Positions 1-7,806 of a stretch of 31,733 nucleotides of DNA are shown here, in pieces; the first letter of the stretch is position 1; every line of letters begins with the position of its first letter. The position numbers and the translations under genes are program-made. The DNA is from a virus (Duplodnaviria; Caudoviricetes), in IMG/VR virus record IMGVR_UViG_3300020044_008191, positions 1-31,733 of that record, one strand, 5' to 3'. The notes under the pieces are model-generated. The model saw only the letters and a program-made list of their open reading frames with translations, did no database searches and was not told the DNA's origin.

Positions 1-121
1 AATTTATATTCATTAAACAAAGCATTTTTAAACTCAATAGCATAATCAGTTTCAAGTCCGTCAAAATCAATTGTTAGTAATCCTGTAAACCGTTCAATAT
101 TAATATATTTTCTTTGATTTT
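1..121. repeat. Exact 121-bp copy of 1563-1683 at the contig end (probable chimeric or assembly junction)
   Basis: Bases 1-121 match 1563-1683 base for base (offset 1562) and diverge at 122/1684. Confidence 0.95.
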
Positions 122-1014
122 AAACGCTCTACTGTTGTATTTTTTTCAATAACAGTTTCGTCAATCATAATAATATTCTTTGTTGCATAGATTGAGTTAA
201 AGCCTCTTGCCACGTCATCAGGCGAAATAAGAACTGTATTCTCACCAAATATCATATCAATCCAATTTAAAAAAGTAGTTTTCCCTGTTCCTCGTTCGGT
301 GCTTACTAAAGATAAAATAGGCAAAATTTGTTTTGGATGTTCATAAAGTAATTTCATATATTTTAGTCCCAAATGCAATTGTTCCCCAAAAATATGTTTC
401 ATTAAATTTAGTGAATATCTTATATCATCATCTCCTACAATTTCAAAATATGGGTCATGTGGAAATTTGCAATAAAGATTGTAACAACTATTTTTTGAAG
501 GTAAAAAATTAAGATTATCAGGTATTATATCAAAGTCATCATATTTATAAATATGGTTTACAAAATGTGCTGAATGGTCTTGCTTTATTTCATCTTTTTT
601 CCAATGCTTTAATAAAACCGCTTTACCTCCGTATCTATTTTCTTTTAAAATAGTTTTATAATAATCTGTTCCAACTCTTATGTATGGTATTTCTTGTTTC
701 ATTAAAAAGAAACGAACAAATGACATAGCCGAATGATAATCAGCCTTAAATCTAACTTTACAAAACAACATAAATTTAGTGCATTTTGAACCAGTAGCTA
801 TATCAAAATACTCATCGCCAACAACTTGTATAATACCATATTCTTTTAATGTAAAAACAACCTCATTTTGCTTTTTAAGAGTAGATACCTCTGTATCACT
901 TTTATAAAAATGGTTTTTATCATTTTTAAATACCTCTTTAAAATCTCCAAACAAATTAAACCAATCAACTGGGTTTAATTCTTTATTTTTTGTTTCGTCT
1001 TTAAATTTTTCCAT
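100..1014 (-). CDS. Primase-associated helicase (DUF5906/SF3-like P-loop NTPase), C-terminally truncated
   Basis: Walker A ERGTGKTT and Walker B IIMIDE; follows the primase gene; the stop codon lies inside the duplicated 1-121 segment, so the true C-terminus is probably missing. Confidence 0.8.
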   Translation of the reverse strand: MEKFKDETKNKELNPVDWFNLFGDFKEVFKNDKNHFYKSDTEVSTLKKQNEVVFTLKEYGIIQVVGDEYFDIATGSKCTKFMLFCKVRFKADYHSAMSFVRFFLMKQEIPYIRVGTDYYKTILKENRYGGKAVLLKHWKKDEIKQDHSAHFVNHIYKYDDFDIIPDNLNFLPSKNSCYNLYCKFPHDPYFEIVGDDDIRYSLNLMKHIFGEQLHLGLKYMKLLYEHPKQILPILSLVSTERGTGKTTFLNWIDMIFGENTVLISPDDVARGFNSIYATKNIIMIDETVIEKNTTVERLKSKKIY

Positions 1015-1903
1015 CTATAAATAATTTTTGGGTTTGTCCTTTTATAATCATTGTCTTGGCTGTTTTTTTATAAACATCAGCCATGTTTATTCCGCTTGCT
1101 CTCCTTGATAAGTAAGTATTATTATCAATACATTTATTTATTAAAATAATTGCATCATTTTCAGATATGTATTCTGCTGAAACATAACCACCTAAAGCAA
1201 AAGAAACGGCTCTTAATTGCGGATGTCCATTTGATGATATTTTATTGATTGCCGAATGTATGATTTTTTCAACGGTTGAGCTATCATTGTTAATAAAATA
1301 CTGTTGAATAATAGGCTTAATATTCGGTATGTATTTTTTTGTCCAAGTACTAAAATCTTTCCTAAATAAAATATCTTTATCATACGACATAAACATCGGT
1401 AAAACGCAATTTTTAGGAGCTTTATCAAATCCTTTATAAATACCAAGCTCTTGTTCTATTGCGTCAAAATATTGTTTAAATTCGTATACATCGTTAGCAA
1501 TTGGTATTTTAATTAACGCCCTAACTCCTTTTTTTGAGGCTGATAACCATGCACAAATAATAAATTTATATTCATTAAACAAAGCATTTTTAAACTCAAT
1601 AGCATAATCAGTTTCAAGTCCGTCAAAATCAATTGTTAGTAATCCTGTAAACCGTTCAATATTAATATATTTTCTTTGATTTTTTATTATAACGCAAGGT
1701 GTGAAATAATATAATTCACGTTTAAGTTTATCTTTTTCAGCTTTATTTTGACTTTTTGAAGCTTCTGAAATAGCCAAAAATATAGATTCAAATTTTTGCT
1801 TAGGATTTATCATTGAATTAATCCAATATTTTAGACTAACAAATCCTAATGGGCGTGTGCTTTTAATATCACTTTCGTAATATTGAAAAAAAATAGATTC
1901 CAT
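1001..1903 (-). CDS. Primase/prim-pol-like protein with BT4734-like (VirE N-terminal) domain
   Basis: Motifs YFTPC, FTGLLTIDFD and WLSASKKGVRALIKI are typical of this Bacteroidota family; adjacent to the helicase. Confidence 0.75.
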   Translation of the reverse strand: MESIFFQYYESDIKSTRPLGFVSLKYWINSMINPKQKFESIFLAISEASKSQNKAEKDKLKRELYYFTPCVIIKNQRKYINIERFTGLLTIDFDGLETDYAIEFKNALFNEYKFIICAWLSASKKGVRALIKIPIANDVYEFKQYFDAIEQELGIYKGFDKAPKNCVLPMFMSYDKDILFRKDFSTWTKKYIPNIKPIIQQYFINNDSSTVEKIIHSAINKISSNGHPQLRAVSFALGGYVSAEYISENDAIILINKCIDNNTYLSRRASGINMADVYKKTAKTMIIKGQTQKLFIDGKI

Positions 1904-2511
1904 TACAATTTAAGTTTATTGTAATTTTCAATGTGTAATCCTTTAATTTCTTTCGTATGCCAGTTTTTTTCAGTAGTAAAAATTATTTTGTTACTTAACG
2001 AAAAATAAAAGCTTTTATCAAAGTTTCTTCTAACTTCACCAATATTAAAGCCTCCTAATAACCCATTAAAAGTATGGTGCTTATCGTGTAACTGGTGCCT
2101 GTCCTGATGCCATAACAAATAAGAATCATCATTATAATGTTTGAATAAATTTGACTTAACATTTAATTTTTCTTGATGCTCATTTAATAAGAAATAATTA
2201 TAAGATAATGCAGGGCAAATAAATATTGGTATTTTTTTAAAATTTAAATTATCTTTTTTTACATCAAATTCTAATCTTGAATAGTCCATAGCTTGTAAAA
2301 TATACTTTGCTATTTGTTCACCCCTTTTTTTGTCTGGTCGTTTTGCTTCAATTCCAAAATAAACTTCTGTTTGTGGTATTTGCAAAACTAAATCTATTCT
2401 TTTAGTCTTGCATTTAGACCAACATTCTCTTTTTACAATAAAGAATTTTTCAAATTCTAAAACAATTCTATCTACAAATTGTTGCTCCGTTAATTCATTT
2501 GTTTTCTTCAT
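1903..2511 (-). CDS. Putative PD-(D/E)xK nuclease
   Basis: RIDLVL...FGIEAKR fits the D...ExK catalytic pattern; the gene has its own promoter. Confidence 0.5.
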   Translation of the reverse strand: MKKTNELTEQQFVDRIVLEFEKFFIVKRECWSKCKTKRIDLVLQIPQTEVYFGIEAKRPDKKRGEQIAKYILQAMDYSRLEFDVKKDNLNFKKIPIFICPALSYNYFLLNEHQEKLNVKSNLFKHYNDDSYLLWHQDRHQLHDKHHTFNGLLGGFNIGEVRRNFDKSFYFSLSNKIIFTTEKNWHTKEIKGLHIENYNKLKL

Positions 2512-2618
2512 AATATTTTAAATAACAAAATCCGCTAACAGCTACCACACTATTAACGGATTTGTTGGTTTAGTTTTTACACTAAAATATCTTATCGTAA
2601 GTGGTAGATTACTGATTA

Positions 2619-2650
2619 CAAACCTACAAAATTACTTCCATATACGCAAA
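2619..2650 (-). promoter_or_regulatory. Bacteroidota sigma-A promoter
   Basis: -7 TAGGTTTG (2619-2626) and -33 TTTG (2647-2650) with a 20-nt spacer. Confidence 0.7.
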
Positions 2651-2684
2651 CATAATTTGTGTATAAAATCTTCTATTGCGTCTC

Positions 2685-3038
2685 TCATAATAATAATTTT
2701 TTAATAGTTAATTCTTCCTCCGTTAATGCGAAATATAAGTTTTGAAGTTGGTGTACATATTTTAAGCAAACATGCATGTCAATGTTTTGCATAACAAATG
2801 ATTTATTTAAAATAAAATCATAATAATGATAGCACTCTGTTTTTTCATTATATGTAAATCCAAACTTAAATAAATATTCTTCTGTTAATGGGACTGGTTC
2901 TATTTCTTCATAACTTAGGTAATCAAAAGTAATCGTGTCAATAAAAGGACTTTCTTCTGTTATTCCTGTTGTTTTTTGTACTTCATTTGTTCCCAAAGAA
3001 TAAACATAATTACCTACCATTAATTCTCGTGCTTTCAT
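2685..3038 (-). CDS. Phage hypothetical protein (YopX-like N-terminus)
   Basis: 117-aa ORF starting ELMVGNYV and containing KYVHQLQNLYFALT, a pattern familiar from Bacteroidota phage proteins; overlaps the upstream gene. Confidence 0.6.
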   Translation of the reverse strand: MKARELMVGNYVYSLGTNEVQKTTGITEESPFIDTITFDYLSYEEIEPVPLTEEYLFKFGFTYNEKTECYHYYDFILNKSFVMQNIDMHVCLKYVHQLQNLYFALTEEELTIKKLLL

Positions 3039-3484
3039 AATACTTCACTTTTTAAATAATAAGTTACATTCCCTTTAAATCTTTTTTTAATCCATTTATT
3101 GCGATCTGCTTTGTCAAATAATTGCCAACTATTCCATCCTTTAATATCTCTTAATTCTTTGCCAGAAATATAAATATCAGGGACTTTATTATCTTTGATT
3201 ACTTCAATTTCAATTTCGTTTATATCTTTCACTTTATAGTAAATAGTACCTCTTGACGAATAGCAATGATATTTATTACCATTTTCTAGTATCTTACTTT
3301 TAATCACCTTTGCGCTGACTCCTAATTTTTTAACAGCTATTTTCCCATTTATGTAATCAGCATTATCCGTTAGGTCTTCGGACAAGAATCTAAATGTACT
3401 ATTTTTAAGTTCAAAGCGAATATCTGTTATTTTACCAAACATGGTTATCGGATTATGATTTGTGTTCCAAAAATCTTGTATCAT
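3035..3484 (-). CDS. Hypothetical protein (possible DNA-binding)
   Basis: 149-aa basic ORF with ATGA overlaps on both sides. Confidence 0.65.
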   Translation of the reverse strand: MIQDFWNTNHNPITMFGKITDIRFELKNSTFRFLSEDLTDNADYINGKIAVKKLGVSAKVIKSKILENGNKYHCYSSRGTIYYKVKDINEIEIEVIKDNKVPDIYISGKELRDIKGWNSWQLFDKADRNKWIKKRFKGNVTYYLKSEVL

Positions 3485-3729
3485 AATCTATTTATTTCTA
3501 TTTTTAATTCTTTTTCTTCATCAATTAATTCCTGCAATCTAAACAAATAGACTTTATCATTTTCAATTAACCCAGAGGAACGTAAATTAAATAATTGTTC
3601 TCTTAACGAATAATATTCATTTTCAATAGCAATTACCGCACATTGTTTAGCCTGAACAATATCACAATATTCATTTGTAGTAAATAAAAAATTATCAATT
3701 ATTTTAGTTGCTTTTTCTTTTGTTATCAT
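3481..3729 (-). CDS. Phage hypothetical protein
   Basis: 82-aa ORF translationally coupled to both neighbours. Confidence 0.7.
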   Translation of the reverse strand: MITKEKATKIIDNFLFTTNEYCDIVQAKQCAVIAIENEYYSLREQLFNLRSSGLIENDKVYLFRLQELIDEEKELKIEINRL

Positions 3730-3887
3730 AACTCATTTATTTTTGATTCAACAATATAAAAACTTCCTTCTAAATGAACTGTTACAGGAAATTCTTTTTT
3801 TAATTTTTTTCTTTTTTCAACCGATTTAGTGTATAGATTTTCACTTTGTCGGATTGCTTTTCTTTTTTGGTCAGGTGAATATTTCAT
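3726..3887 (-). CDS. Small hypothetical protein (53 aa, not in ORF track)
   Basis: Hand translation MKYSPDQKRKAIRQ...IVESKINEL*; fills the gap exactly with ATGA overlaps at both ends. Confidence 0.7.
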   Translation of the reverse strand: MKYSPDQKRKAIRQSENLYTKSVEKRKKLKKEFPVTVHLEGSFYIVESKINEL

Positions 3888-4093
3888 AGTAAGTCATTTA
3901 CAAGTTTTACATCGCTCTGGCTTATGTTTTGATTCTGTTTCAGATAATCTATTCCTAATCTTTCTGCCTGGCCTAATAAGTCTGATAAGTGTACTACATT
4001 CTTTCTTTTAAGCGTAATATCTTGCTTAAATTTAGGAAAGGATATGAATGTACTGGTAGTCTTTATTTTCTCTTTAAATTGTTGTTCTGTCAT
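3884..4093 (-). CDS. Hypothetical protein
   Basis: 69-aa ORF with A-rich leader, in operon context. Confidence 0.65.
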   Translation of the reverse strand: MTEQQFKEKIKTTSTFISFPKFKQDITLKRKNVVHLSDLLGQAERLGIDYLKQNQNISQSDVKLVNDLL

Positions 4094-4104
4094 GTTTTTT
4101 TTGT

Positions 4105-4326
4105 TTAAAATGGGTAATCTGATTTTGGTATCAACTCTGTATGTTTGTTTATATCTGATTTTTTATAGAATTTACCTGATATGAAATATCCAACTGAACC
4201 TCCGTTCTTAGTACATTTTAATATCCTACCTGTCTGGCAATTAATTATTTTCTTACACGTTGTTACTTTGTAATGATTACGCTCACTGAACTGCCATTTT
4301 ACTGTGAAGTTTACTTGTACAATCAT
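4105..4326 (-). CDS. Small basic hypothetical protein next to the cassette array
   Basis: 73-aa ORF; HYKVTTCKKIINCQTGRILK loosely resembles a NUMOD4-type beta motif. Confidence 0.65.
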   Translation of the reverse strand: MIVQVNFTVKWQFSERNHYKVTTCKKIINCQTGRILKCTKNGGSVGYFISGKFYKKSDINKHTELIPKSDYPF

Positions 4327-4384
4327 ACTTTAACTTATTAATACTTAATTATATAGGGTATATCTTAATTTCTATTAGCCAATA

Positions 4385-4395
4385 GTTAGTAGCAA
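4385..4395 (+). other. GTT core site opening the first cassette (attI-like or degenerate attC)
   Basis: GTTAGTAGC (4385-4393) is the exact reverse complement of GCTACTAAC (4674-4682) at the other end of the cassette. Confidence 0.6.
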
Positions 4396-4397
4396 GA

Positions 4398-4640
4398 CTA
4401 CCTATATCCTTGAAACCAGCATTCCATTGTAGTAGCGTACCATTTTACTATGTTTTTATCATTTCTTATTCTAAACATAATTTTACTGTTTTGCATTCCG
4501 TATTCAATCTTACCTTTTTCAGCAACAATTTCAATATAGTATTTTTTGCCTATTGTAACATCTTTCAAAGTTCCGTTACCATCTTTCAATACTTCGATAT
4601 AATCACCTACTTGGCAGTTTTCCAATCTAATCTTTTCCAT
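4398..4640 (-). CDS. Hypothetical protein, cassette gene 1
   Basis: 80-aa ORF bounded by complementary core sites; stop codon 2 nt from GTTAGTAGCAA. Confidence 0.7.
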   Translation of the reverse strand: MEKIRLENCQVGDYIEVLKDGNGTLKDVTIGKKYYIEIVAEKGKIEYGMQNSKIMFRIRNDKNIVKWYATTMECWFQGYR

Positions 4641-4673
4641 TTCAATAATATTTAGTTTTTAATTATCCGTCCA

Positions 4674-4758
4674 GCTACTAACAGCAGCTACACAATACCA
4701 GCCGAACATACGCAACCACATAGGCTGGCATCGTGTAGCTGCGCAACGTTATGGGTAA
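4674..4758 (+). mobile_element. attC-like recombination site 1
   Basis: CTAAC-A-GCAGCTACAC-AATA-CCAGCC...GGCTGG-CATC-GTGTAGCTGC-GCAAC-GTTATGG: a GC-rich imperfect palindrome bounded by AAC and GTT. Confidence 0.7.
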
Positions 4759-4761
4759 TAG

Positions 4762-5022
4762 CTACCACGTTTCGGTTTCAATAACTTTTGAATACCTATT
4801 AATTTCTCCATATAAAGCCCAAAAAGTTCCCACGAAAGTTGCCGATAATTCCAAAGCATCGGGTGTGAATTCGTGTTGATACCAAGTTAGCTTTCTGTAT
4901 TTTCTATACCACTTAAAATCATTTAGATAGTAATCAGTCCAAATAGGCTTCTGCTTATAAGTACTGCCACTAATAGCGTTTTGGCAAGATGCAGGATTTT
5001 CGTTTATTCCGTTTTTCATCAC
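4762..5022 (-). CDS. Hypothetical protein, cassette gene 2
   Basis: 86-aa aromatic-rich ORF whose start lies in the loop of attC-like site 2. Confidence 0.65.
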   Translation of the reverse strand: MMKNGINENPASCQNAISGSTYKQKPIWTDYYLNDFKWYRKYRKLTWYQHEFTPDALELSATFVGTFWALYGEINRYSKVIETETW

Positions 5023-5096
5023 GTTTTGTTTTTAATTAATAAAATTTAGTTTTCATAAGTCCTGCACCTCGCCAAGACGCAGGACGTTAGTGGCAA
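4965..5096 (+). mobile_element. attC-like recombination site 2
   Basis: TGCCACTAAT (4965-4974) and GTTAGTGGCA (5086-5095) outer boxes; inner arms 4976-4999 and 5057-5080 are complementary at 20 of 24 positions. Confidence 0.7.
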
Positions 5097-5099
5097 CGC

Positions 5100-5288
5100 C
5101 TATCGTTGTGATTTAGACTTCATTTTTTCAATTGCTTCATAAATCTTACGTTTAGTTTCGAAAGATTTAGGCTCTTTTTTGCTCCAATTGAATAGCGTAT
5201 CATCTGATACTTTTGCCTCTCTCAAAACATCGCTAATTTTCAAACCAAGCGTTTTACATAGCTTTTTTATTTCGTCTGCCTGTTTCAT
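5100..5288 (-). CDS. Cro/XRE-like HTH regulator
   Basis: LGLKISDVLREAKVSDDTLFNW fits a helix-turn-helix pattern; near divergent promoters. Confidence 0.65.
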   Translation of the reverse strand: MKQADEIKKLCKTLGLKISDVLREAKVSDDTLFNWSKKEPKSFETKRKIYEAIEKMKSKSQR

Positions 5289-5473
5289 TGTACAATTATA
5301 TCGGTTAATGCCTCTATTACGTATTCTTTAATATGCCATGATACGTCCATATCATTTATTTTTATTGTCATCCAGGAAAAACCGCCTTTGTACCCTGTTG
5401 TTTCATCTGCCGAATCCCATTCCCCAGACACTTCATAATCTACGCCTTCGTATGTAATGTTATATGTTTCCAT
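5285..5473 (-). CDS. Small acidic hypothetical protein (start revised to METYNITY)
   Basis: The ATG at 5473 lies downstream of the promoter at 5499-5506, whereas the longer track start overlaps that promoter. Confidence 0.65.
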   Translation of the reverse strand: METYNITYEGVDYEVSGEWDSADETTGYKGGFSWMTIKINDMDVSWHIKEYVIEALTDIIVQ

Positions 5474-5498
5474 TATTATAATGTTTTTAAGTTCATTG

Positions 5499-5561
5499 CA
5501 AATATACGACGTAAATTTCCAATATTTTATTTTTTTATTCAAAATGTTTATCGTACGTTTG
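5499..5561. promoter_or_regulatory. Divergent promoter pair
   Basis: Leftward TATATTTG (5499-5506, minus) and rightward TACGTTTG (5554-5561, plus) between divergent operons. Confidence 0.7.
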
Positions 5562-5581
5562 CGGTATAAAAATATAAAACT

Positions 5582-5878
5582 ATGAGTAAACTACTTTACG
5601 GAAGCTTAGACTTCACAAAACTATTAGAATTGGCAAAATCAGGAAACAAAGCGTTTTCAAAAGCCTCAAATGGTAAAATTTATCTTAATGTAAACGTTTG
5701 GATAAATGACGAAAAAGATAATTATGGCAATGACGCTAGTGTTCAGATTACTTTTAAAGACGCAACAAAAGAAGAAAAAGTTTATTGCGGAAATTTAAAA
5801 GTAAGCGAACAACAATCTCCTAAACCATTAGAAGAAGGAAGTAATGAAATTCCAGAAGCTGATGACCTTCCTTATTAG
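5582..5878 (+). CDS. Single-stranded DNA-binding protein (Bacteroidota phage type)
   Basis: NGKIYLNVNVWIND core and acidic tail ADDLPY; located in the recombination operon. Confidence 0.7.
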   Translation: MSKLLYGSLDFTKLLELAKSGNKAFSKASNGKIYLNVNVWINDEKDNYGNDASVQITFKDATKEEKVYCGNLKVSEQQSPKPLEEGSNEIPEADDLPY

Positions 5879-5894
5879 AAAGGTGTAAAAATAT

Positions 5895-5925
5895 TTTGTT
5901 TTTACCATTTTAAACATTATCTTTG
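5895..5925 (+). promoter_or_regulatory. Internal promoter for the Zn/HNH gene
   Basis: TTTG (5895-5898), 19-nt spacer, TATCTTTG (5918-5925). Confidence 0.65.
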
Positions 5926-5951
5926 TGAATATAATTTTAAAATCAGTAATT

Positions 5952-6494
5952 ATGATGCCGTTACAATTCACAAAGATTTGTTTTAAGTGCAACGAACAAA
6001 AAGAATTTAAATATTTTTACAAGCACCCTAAAATGTCTGATGGATATTTAGGAAAATGTAAAGATTGCACAAAAAAAGACTCTAAAATAGCTTTAGAGTT
6101 GAAAGTATCTACACCTGATGGTTTGGAAAAAGAAAGAGAAAGGCATAGGGAAAAATACTATCGATTAGGGTATAAAGAAAAACACAAGCCTACTCCTGAA
6201 AAGAAAAAAGAAATAATGGATAGATACAAACTTAGGTATCCTGAAAAAATAAAAGCAAAAAATCTATGCAGTAATTTAAAGCCAAAAAAACAAGGAAATG
6301 AATTGCATCATTGGAGTTATAATATAGAATTTGCGAAAGATGTAATTGAATTAGCAAGTTCAGATCATTCAAAAATACATAGATTCATTAAATACGATAA
6401 AAAAACTTTCATGTACAAAGACTTGAACGGTGTGTTACTAGATACAAAAGAAAAGCATTTAGAGCTAATAAATAAAATATTATCAAATTTTTAA
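5952..6494 (+). CDS. Zinc-finger/HNH-like endonuclease
   Basis: CFKC...CKDC at the N-terminus and ELHHWSYN...DHSKIH HNH-like motif; start moved to the ATG downstream of the promoter. Confidence 0.65.
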   Translation: MMPLQFTKICFKCNEQKEFKYFYKHPKMSDGYLGKCKDCTKKDSKIALELKVSTPDGLEKERERHREKYYRLGYKEKHKPTPEKKKEIMDRYKLRYPEKIKAKNLCSNLKPKKQGNELHHWSYNIEFAKDVIELASSDHSKIHRFIKYDKKTFMYKDLNGVLLDTKEKHLELINKILSNF

Positions 6495-6505
6495 AACTAT
6501 CAATT

Positions 6506-7033
6506 ATGGAAACAACAACGCATACAGACTGGCGAAAATATCGAAAGTCAACACACTTAGCTAGTGCTGATTTAGATGCATTAGAAACGGAAGGAATACC
6601 CCTAATTTTTACAATTAAGGAGGTAAAATATGAAACAAATGTAGATGTATCAGGAACAAAAATGGATGGTATATTTTGCTATTTTACGCAGCCAATAAAA
6701 CCATTAAAATTAAATTCAACTAATAACAAAATATTAGCTGGATTTGCAAAGAAAAACGGTTTAATTGGAAAGGAATGTCATGTTATAGAAAATTGGAAAG
6801 GCATGACAATTGAATTGTATGTAGATAGAAATGTCCGTATGATGGGTGCTATTACAGATGGGGTTAGGATTAAGCCTATTATGCCTATATTAAAAAAAAC
6901 ACTTCCAGAATTTACGGAGTCAAATTTTGAAGCTGCAAAAAAAGCAAACGCAACAATTGAACAGATAAAAACTAAATATACAATAACTCCAGAAATGGAA
7001 CAAAAATATATACAACATGGAACAAAGGAGTAG
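6506..7033 (+). CDS. Putative ssDNA-annealing (recombination) protein
   Basis: Position between SSB and the YqaJ exonuclease, with a gene overlap; no family motif confidently identified. Confidence 0.5.
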   Translation: METTTHTDWRKYRKSTHLASADLDALETEGIPLIFTIKEVKYETNVDVSGTKMDGIFCYFTQPIKPLKLNSTNNKILAGFAKKNGLIGKECHVIENWKGMTIELYVDRNVRMMGAITDGVRIKPIMPILKKTLPEFTESNFEAAKKANATIEQIKTKYTITPEMEQKYIQHGTKE

Positions 7034-7658
7034 TGAATGGTTTGAACTTAGAAACGGACGTTTTACCGCTTCTGAGGTTCATAAATTAATGGGCGTAAAA
7101 GGATTAGGTGAAACGGGTAAAACCTATGCTTTTGAAAAAGCTATTGAAGATCTTTTTGGTCAAATAGACGAGCCTTTCGAATCTTACGATATGCAACGAG
7201 GAACAGAATTAGAACCGCTTGCCTTTGAAAAGTTTAAGCAAATTAAAGCGATGGATTTTATAGATGTAGAAACCTGTTCTTTTTTTGAATATGAAAAAAA
7301 TGCAGGAGCTTCTCCTGATGGTTTAGTTGGTGAAAATGGTCTTTTAGAAATTAAATGCCCAAAATCAAACGCTTTTTTTAAGATGGTCGCTGAAAATGAA
7401 TATAGCAAAAACTATTTTTATCAAGTTCAGTTTCAAATGTTATGTACAAATAGGAATATAGCATATTTATTTTTCTATACCGTACATGATGGTTCTGAGT
7501 ACTATCACGAAATAGAAATACCAAGATGTGAGGAGACAATTTCATTAATGCTAGAAAGAATAAAAGAAGCTTCAATTATTAAAAATGACTATATTTTAAA
7601 AATACAAAAAAATAGTCAATGGGAAAGAAAAGAATTTGATATTGAAGTAAAATTTTAA
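7017..7658 (+). CDS. YqaJ/lambda-exonuclease family protein
   Basis: QRSSEWFELRNGRFTASE, MQRGTELEP, GASPDGL, LEIKCP and YFYQVQFQM motifs. Confidence 0.92.
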   Translation: MEQRSSEWFELRNGRFTASEVHKLMGVKGLGETGKTYAFEKAIEDLFGQIDEPFESYDMQRGTELEPLAFEKFKQIKAMDFIDVETCSFFEYEKNAGASPDGLVGENGLLEIKCPKSNAFFKMVAENEYSKNYFYQVQFQMLCTNRNIAYLFFYTVHDGSEYYHEIEIPRCEETISLMLERIKEASIIKNDYILKIQKNSQWERKEFDIEVKF

Positions 7659-7682
7659 CTATCTTTACCTCGATAGTTTTTG

Positions 7683-7703
7683 CCCTCTACGGAGGGTTTT
7701 TTT
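7683..7703 (+). terminator. Rho-independent terminator of the recombination operon
   Basis: CCCTC-TACG-GAGGG followed by T7. Confidence 0.8.
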
Positions 7704-7707
7704 ATGC

Positions 7708-7735
7708 AAAAAAATAACCACTTAAAAAGTGGTTA
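7708..7735 (-). terminator. Rho-independent terminator of the late/lysis operon
   Basis: TAACCACTT/AAGTGGTTA stem followed by T7 on the minus strand. Confidence 0.75.
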
Positions 7736-7806
7736 GTATCTACATCTTACATCTTTCTCAAATAAAAAGCTTGATACTTTGTCGTAGAATTTTTCAAATA
7801 GTTTTT

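Noticed and set aside
4674-5096. CRISPR array, tRNA or simple terminators
   Set aside because: The two palindromes do not share repeat sequence, spacing is gene-sized, no cloverleaf is evident and the stems lack adjacent U-tracts.
1213-7575. Nested or antisense ORFs 1213-1446, 3829-4011, 4410-4655, 7184-7408 and 7378-7575
   Set aside because: They overlap better-supported genes and lack plausible initiation context.
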